A DNA stretch of 64,000 nt from Pyrinomonadaceae bacterium. GTDB lineage: Bacteria > Acidobacteriota > Blastocatellia > Pyrinomonadales > Pyrinomonadaceae. Below, in pieces: positions 1 to 9,499 of the stretch; position 1 is the stretch's first letter; every line of letters starts with the position of its first letter. Made by a program: the position numbers and the translations under genes. The stretch lies in assembly GCA_036387135.1 (NCBI GenBank), contig DASVUH010000007.1:2105-66104 (forward strand). The letters are read 5' to 3'. Under the pieces are notes generated by a model. It had not been told where the DNA came from. It worked only from the letters and a program-made list of their open reading frames with translations, and ran no database searches.

Positions 1-323
1 CATATCCGGGTCTAGCCCTAACTCGAAGCCACCGATATTAAAGCCGACATAAAACGGTTGGTCAAAATAAGGCTTAGTTCCTAACGCCTCTGTGTACCAT
101 GCTTTGGCTTTCTCGAGATTATCTACATTGTAAATGACAGTTCTTAGTCCTTGAAACATTTTCTTCTCCTTTACGCCAACCGGCGCAGGTTTATTTTGCT
201 GCTGAAAACTAGCATTTGCTAAAGAAAGGATAACAAGTAGCGTAAGTAATGCAAGAATAAGTTTTCGATTCATATTCAACAATTTCTTGTAAATTCACCG
301 GACAAAAGCGGAATTTTAAGGCG

Positions 324-1271
324 TCACTTGGGTTCATTTAGATAAACCGCATTCAAAACGCGCCCGCGTTCATGATCCGAAGTAATTGTTTTAACGGCAT
401 TGAGAAGCGCGCTGCGAACGTTTTCATCTTTCGCTTTAGCGTTGGCTACCTGAATAAGAACGTTTGCCTTTTCGTAATCCGAATTTATTTTCGCGGCGGA
501 GGCGAGAGTTTGTAGCAGGATGTCTTTGTTCGCGGCATTTGCTTTCAAGACGGCTTTTAGCACGCGCCCTCGTTCGTAATCGCTCTTAATAGTTCCGGTT
601 GCCGCAAAGTACGCATCAAGCGTCTTGCGGTTGAGCGGAGACGTGCTTACGGTGTTAATAAGAAGAGTCGCCTTCTCGTAATCAGAAGAAATCCCCGTCT
701 CCGTCTGCTTTAGAACATCATTCAAAGCGCTCGCATCGAGATTCCCGCTTTTAACGGCTTCTTCCAAATAAACCCGTTTAGTGTAATCGCCCGTCAGGCG
801 CGGGATTTCATTGAGCAGAGCGGCTGCTCCGCGCTCTCGAATAATTTGTTTGGCTCTGGCTTTGGCATCAAAGCCTTTTCCGACAGCCTCAGCCATTATT
901 TTCGCCAGCCAGTCCTGTCCTTCTGCATCAAATGAGCGCTCCTGCCCGTTTACCATATAAGTTCTGACAAGCTGCCCGTTTGTCCCAGCCGCAACTTTCA
1001 ATTGACGCTTAATGCCGCCTCGACGTTCAATGACTTCCAGAGAGCCGTCGCCGTTGATGCTCGAAACGTCCGTATAATTATCATTGAACCGGACATCATT
1101 TCGCATCGTCACGCTCAATTCCGTTGATCCGTCCGAATGATTCCAACGGCTTGTGCTGTTGCGCTCATTTTGAGCAGTTGCCGTTAAAATAATAGAAAAG
1201 AGAATAAAAATCACAGAGATAAGACTTTTAATCATTATGTTACTCCTTATTGTTGCGGTTTTAGTTGCCAT
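324..1271 (-). CDS. Secreted repeat protein, function unknown. N-terminal signal peptide; C-terminus carries four ~36-aa repeats with an S-D-Y/H-E-K/R motif.
   Basis: The 315-aa ORF has an N-terminal hydrophobic signal-like segment. Tandem repeats ISSDYEKAT.., IKSDYERGR.., INSDYEKAN.. and ITSDHERGR.. are visible in the translation. Confidence 0.55.
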   Translation of the reverse strand: MATKTATIRSNIMIKSLISVIFILFSIILTATAQNERNSTSRWNHSDGSTELSVTMRNDVRFNDNYTDVSSINGDGSLEVIERRGGIKRQLKVAAGTNGQLVRTYMVNGQERSFDAEGQDWLAKIMAEAVGKGFDAKARAKQIIRERGAAALLNEIPRLTGDYTKRVYLEEAVKSGNLDASALNDVLKQTETGISSDYEKATLLINTVSTSPLNRKTLDAYFAATGTIKSDYERGRVLKAVLKANAANKDILLQTLASAAKINSDYEKANVLIQVANAKAKDENVRSALLNAVKTITSDHERGRVLNAVYLNEPK

Positions 1272-1461
1272 ATTGTTTTAACGCATTTGACTGCGATGTC
1301 AAGCCGGGAAGCGCCAAATTTTCAGAACCCGTCCATAAAAGGCTCAAAGCATCAAATTAAACCGAGTTTTTTGAATTGTTTCGAGACGAAACTCAGATAA
1401 GTCCGGCTTCTCAAAAGCAGACAGTGTGAATGAGTGATAGATACATTTTTAGATACAGATA

Positions 1462-1535
1462 CGAAAAAAGCAAAGACGGCTTTTATTCCGCGTTAAATTC
1501 GGCAAAATTAAGCCGACGCGATAAAAGCCGTCTTT
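1462..1535 (-). terminator. Candidate hairpin terminator downstream of the TPR gene (inverted repeat 1473-1486 / 1522-1535 followed by a U-run on the minus strand).
   Basis: aaagacggctttta and taaaagccgtcttt are perfect inverted repeats. A-run 1464-1470 gives a U-run on the minus-strand RNA. The loop is long (~35 nt), so this is uncertain. Confidence 0.3.
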
Positions 1536-1560
1536 ACGTAAAACAGACTGAATTCAATGT

Positions 1561-2538
1561 TTATTGAATTGTCATTTTCGACGCATCGAGAATGTAGCCT
1601 CCGTATATTTGTTTTCTAAGTTGTTCGGAAAGCTCGGCATCCAGTTTCTTGAGAATACTAAAATGCTTTAGAGCTTCATCGCGGTTATTCATCGCCAGAA
1701 AACTGACGGCAAGATTATATTGCGCGTAACTCCAATCTGGACGGAGTCTGGCTGACTCTAAATAACTTTTGTGCGCCTGCTTTTTCTTGCCTAACTTGGT
1801 TAGCACGACTCCGAGATTGCTGTGAGCATCGGCAAATGCAGGCTTCAGTTCAATGGCGCGCCTCAAGCTCTCATTAGCTTCCTGATAGCGCCCGACCGCG
1901 ATCAGTGTAACTCCCTTATCGTTAAGAATCTCAGCCGAATCGGGCTGCAGCTTAATCGCAGCATTGAATGCTTCAAGCGATTGCTCGTAATTTTTGATTT
2001 GGTACAGCGACATTCCTAATTGTCTGAGCACGGAAGGATTGTGCGGCTCAAACTGCGCGGAGCGGCGAAAAGCCGCGACGCTTTCTTCGTAACGACCAGC
2101 CTCGTAAAGCGTGTTGCCTAGTCCGGCGTAAGCATTAGCAGAATCAGGCTTATTTTCGATTATATGGTTGAATTCCTGCACGGCGTCATCATAACGACCT
2201 GCGTAATTAAGAGCCATTGCCAGGTTGAAATTAATCTGAGCCGATTTTGGAGCTATTGAGACAGCTTTTTGGAACATCTCGATGGCTTCGCTGTAATGTT
2301 TTTCGAGAGCTAATTCGACGCCCCGGTTATTAAAGTCAAGGGCTTTAACCCCGCCGATTGACGAAGCGCCTCCGGTTTCGGGAGGAAGCCAGTTAAATTG
2401 GTTTTCCGAATTGATATTCGGATTTCGCTTATTTTCTTCATACGAGTGAAGGGACGAAGGATTTCGCTTGTTTTCTTCTTGCGCGTAAGCGGTTGAAACG
2501 AGTGTGACGATAAATAGAACGAGCAGGATTGTTTTCAT
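1561..2538 (-). CDS. Secreted tetratricopeptide (TPR) repeat protein
   Basis: Signal peptide MKTILLVLFIVTLVSTAYAQ. Multiple TPR-like 34-aa units are present (AxxYxxLGxxY..G.Y..A pattern). Confidence 0.7.
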   Translation of the reverse strand: MKTILLVLFIVTLVSTAYAQEENKRNPSSLHSYEENKRNPNINSENQFNWLPPETGGASSIGGVKALDFNNRGVELALEKHYSEAIEMFQKAVSIAPKSAQINFNLAMALNYAGRYDDAVQEFNHIIENKPDSANAYAGLGNTLYEAGRYEESVAAFRRSAQFEPHNPSVLRQLGMSLYQIKNYEQSLEAFNAAIKLQPDSAEILNDKGVTLIAVGRYQEANESLRRAIELKPAFADAHSNLGVVLTKLGKKKQAHKSYLESARLRPDWSYAQYNLAVSFLAMNNRDEALKHFSILKKLDAELSEQLRKQIYGGYILDASKMTIQ

Positions 2539-2820
2539 GATTTTTTCCTTATTGCAGCAGTAGCTAACATTCTCGTTTGCTATAAAAGCCTTTTACATTA
2601 AAGACTAAAACTAGATTGTGACGAGTCGTTTCAAACCGGCTATGAAAGCATTCTTTTAGGATTGAGCGGTAGGCAAATGCGGGTTGAAAATGAAAGTTGA
2701 AAAGGGCTATTACGAAGCGGCGGGAACGATAATCGCTAAAAGACTGATCGGGTAGTTTTCCGATTTTTAAAATTTAGCTTTTAAAGCCGGAATGAAATTG
2801 ATAAAAAGGAGATTAAATTT

Positions 2821-3222
2821 ATGCGTTTTATAAAACTGCTTCTTTTTATTTTTATCTGCATCGTTTCGATTGCCGCTGCAAATGCGCAGACGGCAAAATG
2901 TCTAAGTTACGAACCGGAAAAAGTCAGCCTGCGCGGTCAGCTTTTGCGAAAAAGCGTCGTTAACGCCTCGAATCAAAAGGAAACAATCTGGACGCTCAAG
3001 CTGGATGCGCCGATTTGCGTCAAAGCCGATGCGGGAAACGAATTTAACATCGCGGTCAAGCGTCTGACCGATGTTCAGCTCGTTCTTTCAACCGAACAGT
3101 TCAAAAAATATCGCGCGAATTTAAACAGGAAAATCGAAGCCGGCGGCACGCTTTTCGGGGCGCATACGCAGCATCATTTTACGAATGTTTTAATGATTGT
3201 CGAAGAAATTAAAGCGAGATGA
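2821..3222 (+). CDS. Hypothetical small secreted protein
   Basis: RBS aaaggag 8 nt upstream of ATG. N-terminal signal peptide. 4-nt ATGA overlap with the next ORF suggests translational coupling. Confidence 0.5.
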   Translation: MRFIKLLLFIFICIVSIAAANAQTAKCLSYEPEKVSLRGQLLRKSVVNASNQKETIWTLKLDAPICVKADAGNEFNIAVKRLTDVQLVLSTEQFKKYRANLNRKIEAGGTLFGAHTQHHFTNVLMIVEEIKAR

Positions 3223-3725
3223 CTATGACGAGATTTCTTTTGGCGTTTATAACTTTGTGTCTATTTTCCGTTTTCGCAAACGCTCAACGCGAAACCGATG
3301 TTTCCGCGATTCGCAGCGATGTTCAGAGCATCAACAAAAACTCGGCGAAGCTCAAACAAGCGACTGTTAAATTAGACGGAATTTCAACCGAAGGAGCCGA
3401 GCTGACGGTTTTTCGGGAAAATAATCAAATCAAAAAAATCAACGCCCAAATCTACGGCGAAATGGGTTATTCGATAATCGAGCTTTTCTACAAAGACGAA
3501 AAGCCGATTTTCATTTACGAGCGCGAATTTCGTTATGAAAAGCCGTTCGGGAAAGTCCTGAAAATCATCCCGACGCGGTTTTATTTCGCCAATGAAAAGC
3601 TCGTCAAAATGCTTTACGCGAAAAGAGAGATTTTTGCTGAAGACAAAGAGTACAACGAAATGCGCGACCGAATGATTTCGCTCTCGAAAACAATTTTCGA
3701 CGCGGCGAAAGATAAATCGAAATAA
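3219..3725 (+). CDS. Hypothetical small secreted protein
   Basis: Signal peptide MTMTRFLLAFITLCLFSVFANAQ. Start overlaps the upstream stop. Confidence 0.5.
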   Translation: MTMTRFLLAFITLCLFSVFANAQRETDVSAIRSDVQSINKNSAKLKQATVKLDGISTEGAELTVFRENNQIKKINAQIYGEMGYSIIELFYKDEKPIFIYEREFRYEKPFGKVLKIIPTRFYFANEKLVKMLYAKREIFAEDKEYNEMRDRMISLSKTIFDAAKDKSK

Positions 3726-3748
3726 ATTAAACGCCGCTCAAAACCTTA

Positions 3749-5188
3749 TCAGGATTCTTTTTTGATTAAATTTAAAGCGGTTTCCAAAATCGCGTCTCTG
3801 CCGCTCACATAATCGGCAACTCGTCTCGTTACCGGCAAATCCGGCACGACTCCTCTGGCGTCTTTACAACCGGCGGGCGGCATCCAGTTTCTGACGGAAA
3901 GAGATGCCCGCAGTCTGGAATGCGGCAGATTAAAAAAGTAAATTTCGCCGAAATTGCAGACAGGCGCTTTGGTTTCTTCGCCGACAATCTTTGCAAGCCC
4001 GTTATCTTTTATCACTGCCAAAAACATTTGAGCGCTGGAAAATGTTTCCTTTGAACCGAGAACAAACACCTTCCCGTCGAATCGAAGCGGATTATCGCCG
4101 GGATTGACTGTCGGCGGCTGAGTCGAAATAAATTCGCCCGGACGCAGCGCCATATAATTATCCGGCACGGGTAAATTTTTGCTCTTGAGAAATTCGACAT
4201 ACTGATTGCTGCGTTTCCACTTCATCGAATAATGTTTGTACGGCTTTGCGTTGAACATATTAATCAGCGCGTCTCCGAGCGCCGAATTGCCGCCCCGGTT
4301 ATTTCTGACATCAATAATCAAAGTCTTCGCTTCGGCTGATTTAATCTGTGTAAACGCATCCTTCAGAATTGATTTATATTTTTCCAAATCGTAATCAAAA
4401 GTTGTCGAGTTAAGATAAGCCACACCATTTCCGAGCAGCTTCAGTTCAAGCGGAGATTCGTTTGTTTGCGGCGTCGGGGAATTTGCCGCCCTCAAAGCAT
4501 TTTCTCTTTGAATTATTTCCGGCAAATAAATGCCTTTTACCCGGACATTTTTGCCGTCCGAGAAAGAAACCGCAAATTCATCCGGTCGCCCGAAAACTTC
4601 GGCAGCGCCGACCCAGAGCCAGAGCGCGGCGCTTTCGACTCTTTCCCGTTCGATACCGAAAAGATGCTCGCTGAGCTTTTGGATAATCTCGTCGCTCTTA
4701 AAACCGTTTATGCTCGTAATAACGGCTCCCTTTTCAATCTTTTCATCGGCAAACGACTTTTCAACCACAATTTTGCCGTCAACATAAACCGTGCGAATCG
4801 GAAAATATTTCGTCGCATCTTTTTCCGCTTTAATAAAAAAGCGCGGTTCAACCACATAACTATGAGAATCCTGAACGGCGCTGACGAGCGGCGTAAAAAG
4901 CAGCCAGAATTCCTTCTGAGTCATCGCTCCGCGCTCGCGGATGCGAGATTTTATCTGGTTTGCGCGCGCCTGAAACTCTTTGGCTGAAATATGAGCGTAA
5001 GGATTAACGTGCGCCTCTTCCAGATTTTTGATGTAGAAATCCACATCTTCAATTAGCTGTTCGGGGGTAAACCGCTGATTACCATCAAAAACTGTCTGAC
5101 CAAACGCTGAGCAGGTAAATAAAATGATTAAGAATAAAAGGGTCTTGGTTTGGATGACCTGAAAGGTTAATTGTGTCCAAATCCGCAT
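3749..5188 (-). CDS. S41 family peptidase (C-terminal processing / tail-specific protease-like), secreted
   Basis: S41 signature IIDVRNNRGGNS..GDALI and a downstream GSKETFSSAQMF segment. N-terminal signal peptide. Confidence 0.8.
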   Translation of the reverse strand: MRIWTQLTFQVIQTKTLLFLIILFTCSAFGQTVFDGNQRFTPEQLIEDVDFYIKNLEEAHVNPYAHISAKEFQARANQIKSRIRERGAMTQKEFWLLFTPLVSAVQDSHSYVVEPRFFIKAEKDATKYFPIRTVYVDGKIVVEKSFADEKIEKGAVITSINGFKSDEIIQKLSEHLFGIERERVESAALWLWVGAAEVFGRPDEFAVSFSDGKNVRVKGIYLPEIIQRENALRAANSPTPQTNESPLELKLLGNGVAYLNSTTFDYDLEKYKSILKDAFTQIKSAEAKTLIIDVRNNRGGNSALGDALINMFNAKPYKHYSMKWKRSNQYVEFLKSKNLPVPDNYMALRPGEFISTQPPTVNPGDNPLRFDGKVFVLGSKETFSSAQMFLAVIKDNGLAKIVGEETKAPVCNFGEIYFFNLPHSRLRASLSVRNWMPPAGCKDARGVVPDLPVTRRVADYVSGRDAILETALNLIKKES

Positions 5189-5302
5189 TTAAGTTAAAGC
5201 TCCTCTTTTTCTAATGTACGATTCGAGATTCTGTTTATTTAACGGGTTATTTAACGGAAGATTTCGCAAACACTTTACGGCAAAACTCAAACAAAAGTTT
5301 AA

Positions 5303-5800
5303 TCAATTGACTTCATTAACGCGAGAAAAAGAGAAGCCGCCGCGTAAATCCAAATCCAAAGCCTGTTCCTGACCCAAAATCGGCATACCTTTGAAATGCT
5401 GCTTATAGCCGACGGCGCGAAAGCCGATGTCGCCCTGATTTGTTTTAATAATCCATTTCCATTCGGTTTTACGATTTATCAATTCCGAATTTTTAGATTT
5501 TCGATGCGCGCTGCGTTCGATATTTATAATTTCTATTTCCTGATTCGGCTCAAGCTCAATTCTAAGGTCGCTGACGTTTTCAAAAACAAGCGTCGCGGCT
5601 GCGACCAAAAACCTTTGCGAATTCGCATTTTCAGGTTGATAAATTCGTTGAAGAATATAATCAATATCGAGCAGAAATTCCGTTCGTTTGGGCAGAAACG
5701 CAAATGCATAAACTCTCGATTCGCGCCAATTCATTTGTTCAAAATCGCTTTCCGTCCAAACAAATTTTTGCAGATTTAAAATTTCACTCATTTTCGTCAA
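5303..5800 (-). CDS. Hypothetical protein, translationally coupled to recX
   Basis: 165-aa ORF overlapping recX by 17 nt on the same strand. No recognisable motif. Confidence 0.45.
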   Translation of the reverse strand: MTKMSEILNLQKFVWTESDFEQMNWRESRVYAFAFLPKRTEFLLDIDYILQRIYQPENANSQRFLVAAATLVFENVSDLRIELEPNQEIEIINIERSAHRKSKNSELINRKTEWKWIIKTNQGDIGFRAVGYKQHFKGMPILGQEQALDLDLRGGFSFSRVNEVN

Positions 5801-6332
5801 AATCCTCGCGTGCGATTTCGCGCATTTTATCGCTGATCAGCCCATAAGAAAAGCCTTGACGCATCAGATAATCGTAAAACTTTTTCGTCTCGTCGCGGTT
5901 CTCAGGCAAGCCTTTTAAGCGAATGCGTTTTTTGATCGCTTCTTCGACCAAATCCGCTTCGGGCGTTTCTTCGTAAACTTGTTCGAGCGCGTGTTCAACA
6001 GTTTCTTTATCGAGCTGCTTTTGCTGAAGAGATTGCTGGAGTTTACGTTTTCCGACCGGCTTTTGCCGGAGCTTTGAAGCGGCGAAATCGTGCGCGAATT
6101 GTTCGTCGTTGACGAATTTATATTCTTCTAATTTTTGCAAAACCGTTTCGACGATTTCGGCGTTCGTCCAGTTTTTTTCCAAAAGTCTTTCTCTTAATTC
6201 GCCGACAGAACGCGGTTTGGCGGCGAGAAGCCGGACGGCGCGCTCCATTGTTCGCTTGCGCGCTTTTTCCACGTCTTTGATTTCAACCGGCTCGTCGGAT
6301 TCGGTTTTCGGACTCCACTTCTTTCTAAACAT
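5784..6332 (-). CDS. recX: Recombination regulator RecX
   Basis: ~180 aa with three helical repeat modules typical of RecX (RAVRLLAAKPRSVGELRERL.., ..YKFVNDEQFAHDFA.., DYLMRQGFSY). Confidence 0.7.
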   Translation of the reverse strand: MFRKKWSPKTESDEPVEIKDVEKARKRTMERAVRLLAAKPRSVGELRERLLEKNWTNAEIVETVLQKLEEYKFVNDEQFAHDFAASKLRQKPVGKRKLQQSLQQKQLDKETVEHALEQVYEETPEADLVEEAIKKRIRLKGLPENRDETKKFYDYLMRQGFSYGLISDKMREIAREDFDENE

Positions 6333-6420
6333 CTGTAAATTTTAACTCTTTCGCAATTAAAATCTAAACGTGCGTTTCGCACAAAATATTTTTGCGTCAT
6401 CAAGTTAAAATATTCACAAT

Positions 6421-7206
6421 ATGATTGCTGAACAGATAAAAATGCACGAGAATTTCGGCTCGCAGTTTTTAAACCATCCGCGCAATGTTTTGGTTTATTT
6501 GCCGCCCGGTTACGGCGTAAACCCGGAAGAGCGTTATCCGGTTTTGTATATGCACGACGGGCAAAATCTGATGAATCCCGAAGACGCTTTCGGCGGCGTC
6601 GCCTGGGGCGCGGACGAAACGGCGCAAAAATTGATTTTGACGGGCGAAATCTCGCCGCTGATTATTGTCGGAATTTACAATACGGGCGGAAAACGAATTG
6701 ACGAATACACGCCGGTCAAAGCCGAGCGCGGCAGAATGAAAGGTCACGGCGGACAGGCGGATCAATACGGGCGAATGATTATCGAAGAATTAAAGCCATT
6801 TATTGATAAAACATATCTGACGCGCACCGAACGCGAATTTACCGGACTCGGCGGTTCGAGCCTCGGCGGTCTGGTTTCGCTTCACCTCGGTTTTAAACGA
6901 CCGGACGTTTTTTCGCGCGTCGCGGCAATCTCGCCCGCCATCTGGTGGGCGAACAATCAAATTATTCGCGAAGCCGCTAAATTGACCGAGCGAATTCCTT
7001 TGCGAATCTGGCTCGACATCGGCAAAAAAGAAGGCGGGCAAATCAAACACCAGGTTCGCGCATTAAAAGAAATGCTGCTCGCGCAGGGCTGGCAATTGGG
7101 CGCGGATTTCGCTTATCAGGAAATTCCCGAAGCGCGCCACAACGAACAAGCCTGGGCGGCGCGTTTCGGCGACGTTTTAAAATTTTTGTATCCGAAATTA
7201 CCTTGA
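6421..7206 (+). CDS. Esterase family protein (PF00756-like putative esterase / enterochelin-esterase-like alpha/beta hydrolase)
   Basis: YPVLYMHDGQNL motif. A GGSSLGG nucleophile elbow-like segment. Length 261 aa. Confidence 0.7.
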   Translation: MIAEQIKMHENFGSQFLNHPRNVLVYLPPGYGVNPEERYPVLYMHDGQNLMNPEDAFGGVAWGADETAQKLILTGEISPLIIVGIYNTGGKRIDEYTPVKAERGRMKGHGGQADQYGRMIIEELKPFIDKTYLTRTEREFTGLGGSSLGGLVSLHLGFKRPDVFSRVAAISPAIWWANNQIIREAAKLTERIPLRIWLDIGKKEGGQIKHQVRALKEMLLAQGWQLGADFAYQEIPEARHNEQAWAARFGDVLKFLYPKLP

Positions 7207-8132
7207 ACGGAGTTTTAATCATAGACAAACCCGAAGGCTTAACGTCGCACGATGTCGTTGGCAGAGCGCGGCGCATTTTAAAAACGCGCAGCGTCGGACA
7301 CACAGGCACGCTCGACCCGTTTGCGACCGGAGTTCTGGTCGTTTTAATCGGCAAAGCGACCAGACTCGCGCAATTTCTCGACAAAGCCGAAAAAGAATAT
7401 CTGGCGACAATCCAATTCGGATATTCAACCGACACGGGCGACAGAACTGGATTGCGGATTGCGGATTGCGGATTGCGGATTGAAGAAATCGCGGCGCGAA
7501 TAACTGCGAGCAATGTTGAAAAAGCCTTAGTCAAGTTTCGCGGAGAAACGCTGCAAACTCCGCCGATGTATTCGGCAAAAAAAGTCGGCGGGAAAAAACT
7601 TTACGAATTGGCTAGAAAAGGCGTGGAAATCGAACGCCAGCCGGTCAAAATCAAAATCTCGGAATTGGAAATTGTCGAAAATTCTGAAAATCAATCCGCA
7701 ATCCGCAATCCGCAATCCGCAATTGTGAGGGTTGTGTGTTCAGCCGGAACTTACATCCGCGTTTTGGCGGAAGACATTGGAAAAGAATTGGAAACGGGCG
7801 CGCATCTGGCGGAGCTTCGCCGGACGCGAGCCGGAAGTTTCGATTTACGCCAAGCCGTGACGCTTGAAGAGCTTGAGAATCTTGCGATTGAAAATCGAAT
7901 CGGAGAAATTAAAATTTCTCCAAACGATGCTCTCGGACATTTTCCGTTCGTTGTTTTAGATGAACTCGGAATAGCCCGGACGCTCAACGGAATGAAAACG
8001 AAAGTTTCCTCAAATTTTAACGACGCAGAGTTTGTTCGTTTGTGCGATGAGAGCGGAAACCTTGTTGCCGTCGGCGTTTTCGATGAACGGGAACAAGTTA
8101 TCCAACCGCGAATTGTTTTCGGCGCGGCTTAA
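7203..8132 (+). CDS. truB: tRNA pseudouridine(55) synthase TruB. The reading frame contains two in-frame heptamer-repeat insertions (features 7449..7482 and 7692..7725).
   Basis: TTG start. Canonical TruB N-terminus GVLIIDKPEGLTSHDVV..GHTGTLDPFATGVL with the catalytic Asp. FRGETLQTPPMYSAKKVGGKKLYELAR motif. C-terminal PUA-like region. Confidence 0.9.
   Translation: MNGVLIIDKPEGLTSHDVVGRARRILKTRSVGHTGTLDPFATGVLVVLIGKATRLAQFLDKAEKEYLATIQFGYSTDTGDRTGLRIADCGLRIEEIAARITASNVEKALVKFRGETLQTPPMYSAKKVGGKKLYELARKGVEIERQPVKIKISELEIVENSENQSAIRNPQSAIVRVVCSAGTYIRVLAEDIGKELETGAHLAELRRTRAGSFDLRQAVTLEELENLAIENRIGEIKISPNDALGHFPFVVLDELGIARTLNGMKTKVSSNFNDAEFVRLCDESGNLVAVGVFDEREQVIQPRIVFGAA
7449..7482. repeat. 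(GGATTGC)n heptanucleotide tandem repeat, ~4.9 copies, in-frame inside truB (encodes GLRIADCGLRI)
   Basis: Perfect tandem copies read directly from the sequence. Confidence 0.9.
7692..7725. repeat. (CAATCCG)n heptanucleotide tandem repeat, the inverted-orientation copy of the repeat at 7449..7482, in-frame inside truB (encodes QSAIRNPQSAI)
   Basis: Reverse complement of GGATTGC repeated ~4.9 times. Lies 210 bp downstream of the first array. Confidence 0.9.
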
Positions 8133-8139
8133 AAAGCAA

Positions 8140-8168
8140 TTGACACATTCTGCAATCGAATTTAAATT
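8140..8168 (+). promoter_or_regulatory. Candidate sigma70-type promoter: TTGACA (8140-8145), 17-bp spacer, TAAATT (8163-8168), ~40 nt upstream of the ORF at 8208
   Basis: Perfect -35 consensus and a 4/6 -10 match with canonical spacing. Read by eye, not scored. Confidence 0.3.
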
Positions 8169-8207
8169 CATCTCGTCACAATTTGAAATTGCTGAAAGGA
8201 AAATTGG

Positions 8208-9467
8208 ATGATTTCACGAAAATTCTCACCAACGGCGGCGGTAAAACTTCTGCTGATTTTATGTTTAATGCTCGGCGCAAGTTCCGGCGCAGCAGTTTCG
8301 GCTCAGGACAAGCCGAACAGTTTCGCCGCCGAGCGCGAGCGGGCGATTCAAATGATAAACGAGGGCAAATACGTCGAATCTTTGCCGCTTTTTGAAAAGC
8401 TCGCCGCCGCGAAAGAAGCCGACGGCGATGTGTTTTTCGGACTCGGAATCGCATTGCTTCATAAAGCAGACCAATCCAAAGATGTCTCGTCGCGCAAAGA
8501 GGGGCGTGTAAAAGCCAGAAATGCGCTGCTTAAAGCCAAAGAGTTCGGCTTGCGAAATCCGCAGCTCGATTCGCTTCTCAGCCAAATCAAACCGGACGGC
8601 GGCGAGCGAGGCAAATCGGACGACCCGAAAGCTAACGAAGCGATGAACGAAGCGTTTGCCGCTTTTGCCGGAAAAAATTACTTGAAAGCCGCCGAATTAT
8701 ACGAAAAAGCCGCCCGCCTTGACCCGACTTTGTACGAAGCGGCGCTTTATACCGGCAACAGTTTTTACGGCGCGCGAGATCACGAAAAAGCGGGCGTTTG
8801 GTTTGCCAGAGCAATCGCTCTCGACCAGAACCGGGAAACGGCTCATCGTTACTGGGGCGATTCATTGATGGTGAGCGGCAAAACCGAAGAAGCAAAAAAT
8901 AAATTTTTCGACGCCATTGTTGCCGAACCTTACAACCAGACGGCTTGGCGCGGGTTAATTCAGTTTGCGCAAATCAACAATCTCAAGGTCACGCATCCGA
9001 AAATTGACATTCCAACCGGAATCAGCTCAAACGAAAAAGGCGACCGGACAACAATCACGCTCGATGAATCCATTCTCAAAGACAGCAAAGACGGCTCCGC
9101 CGCGTGGATGATGTACGGGATTAGCCGCGCTGCCTGGCGCACGAGCGAATTCTCCAAGAGATTTCCCAACGAAAAAACTTATCGTCACAGTTTGGCGGAA
9201 GAATCCGCTGCACTGAGAAGCGTTTTGGAAGCGGTTAAAAATCAAAGCAAGGACATCAAGCAGCTCAATCCGTCGCTCAAATTATTGCAGGAAATAAACG
9301 ATGCCGGACTGCTCGAAGCCTACATTTTGCTTGCCCGACCTGATGCCGGAATCAGCCGCGATTATGACGCTTTCCGGCAAAACAACCGCGACAAATTGAA
9401 GCGTTATCTCATGGATTTTTTGATTCTCGAAAAAGGGGCGTCAAACGAAAAAAAGGCGGTTAGCTAA
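8208..9467 (+). CDS. Secreted TPR-like repeat protein, function unknown
   Basis: Signal peptide. Helical repeat composition with TPR-like Y/A/G spacing (NYLKAAELYEKAARLDP, LYEAALYTGNSFYG..). Confidence 0.55.
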   Translation: MISRKFSPTAAVKLLLILCLMLGASSGAAVSAQDKPNSFAAERERAIQMINEGKYVESLPLFEKLAAAKEADGDVFFGLGIALLHKADQSKDVSSRKEGRVKARNALLKAKEFGLRNPQLDSLLSQIKPDGGERGKSDDPKANEAMNEAFAAFAGKNYLKAAELYEKAARLDPTLYEAALYTGNSFYGARDHEKAGVWFARAIALDQNRETAHRYWGDSLMVSGKTEEAKNKFFDAIVAEPYNQTAWRGLIQFAQINNLKVTHPKIDIPTGISSNEKGDRTTITLDESILKDSKDGSAAWMMYGISRAAWRTSEFSKRFPNEKTYRHSLAEESAALRSVLEAVKNQSKDIKQLNPSLKLLQEINDAGLLEAYILLARPDAGISRDYDAFRQNNRDKLKRYLMDFLILEKGASNEKKAVS

Positions 9468-9480
9468 CCGCCTTTTTTAT
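9455..9480. terminator. Bidirectional rho-independent terminator between convergent genes (hairpin ggcggttagctaaccgcc flanked by an A-run upstream and a T-run downstream)
   Basis: 18-nt palindrome at 9455-9472 and T6 at 9473-9478. A7 at 9446-9452 gives a U-run for the minus-strand transcript. Confidence 0.6.
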
Positions 9481-9499
9481 TTTTAGATTGCCGCAGAAA

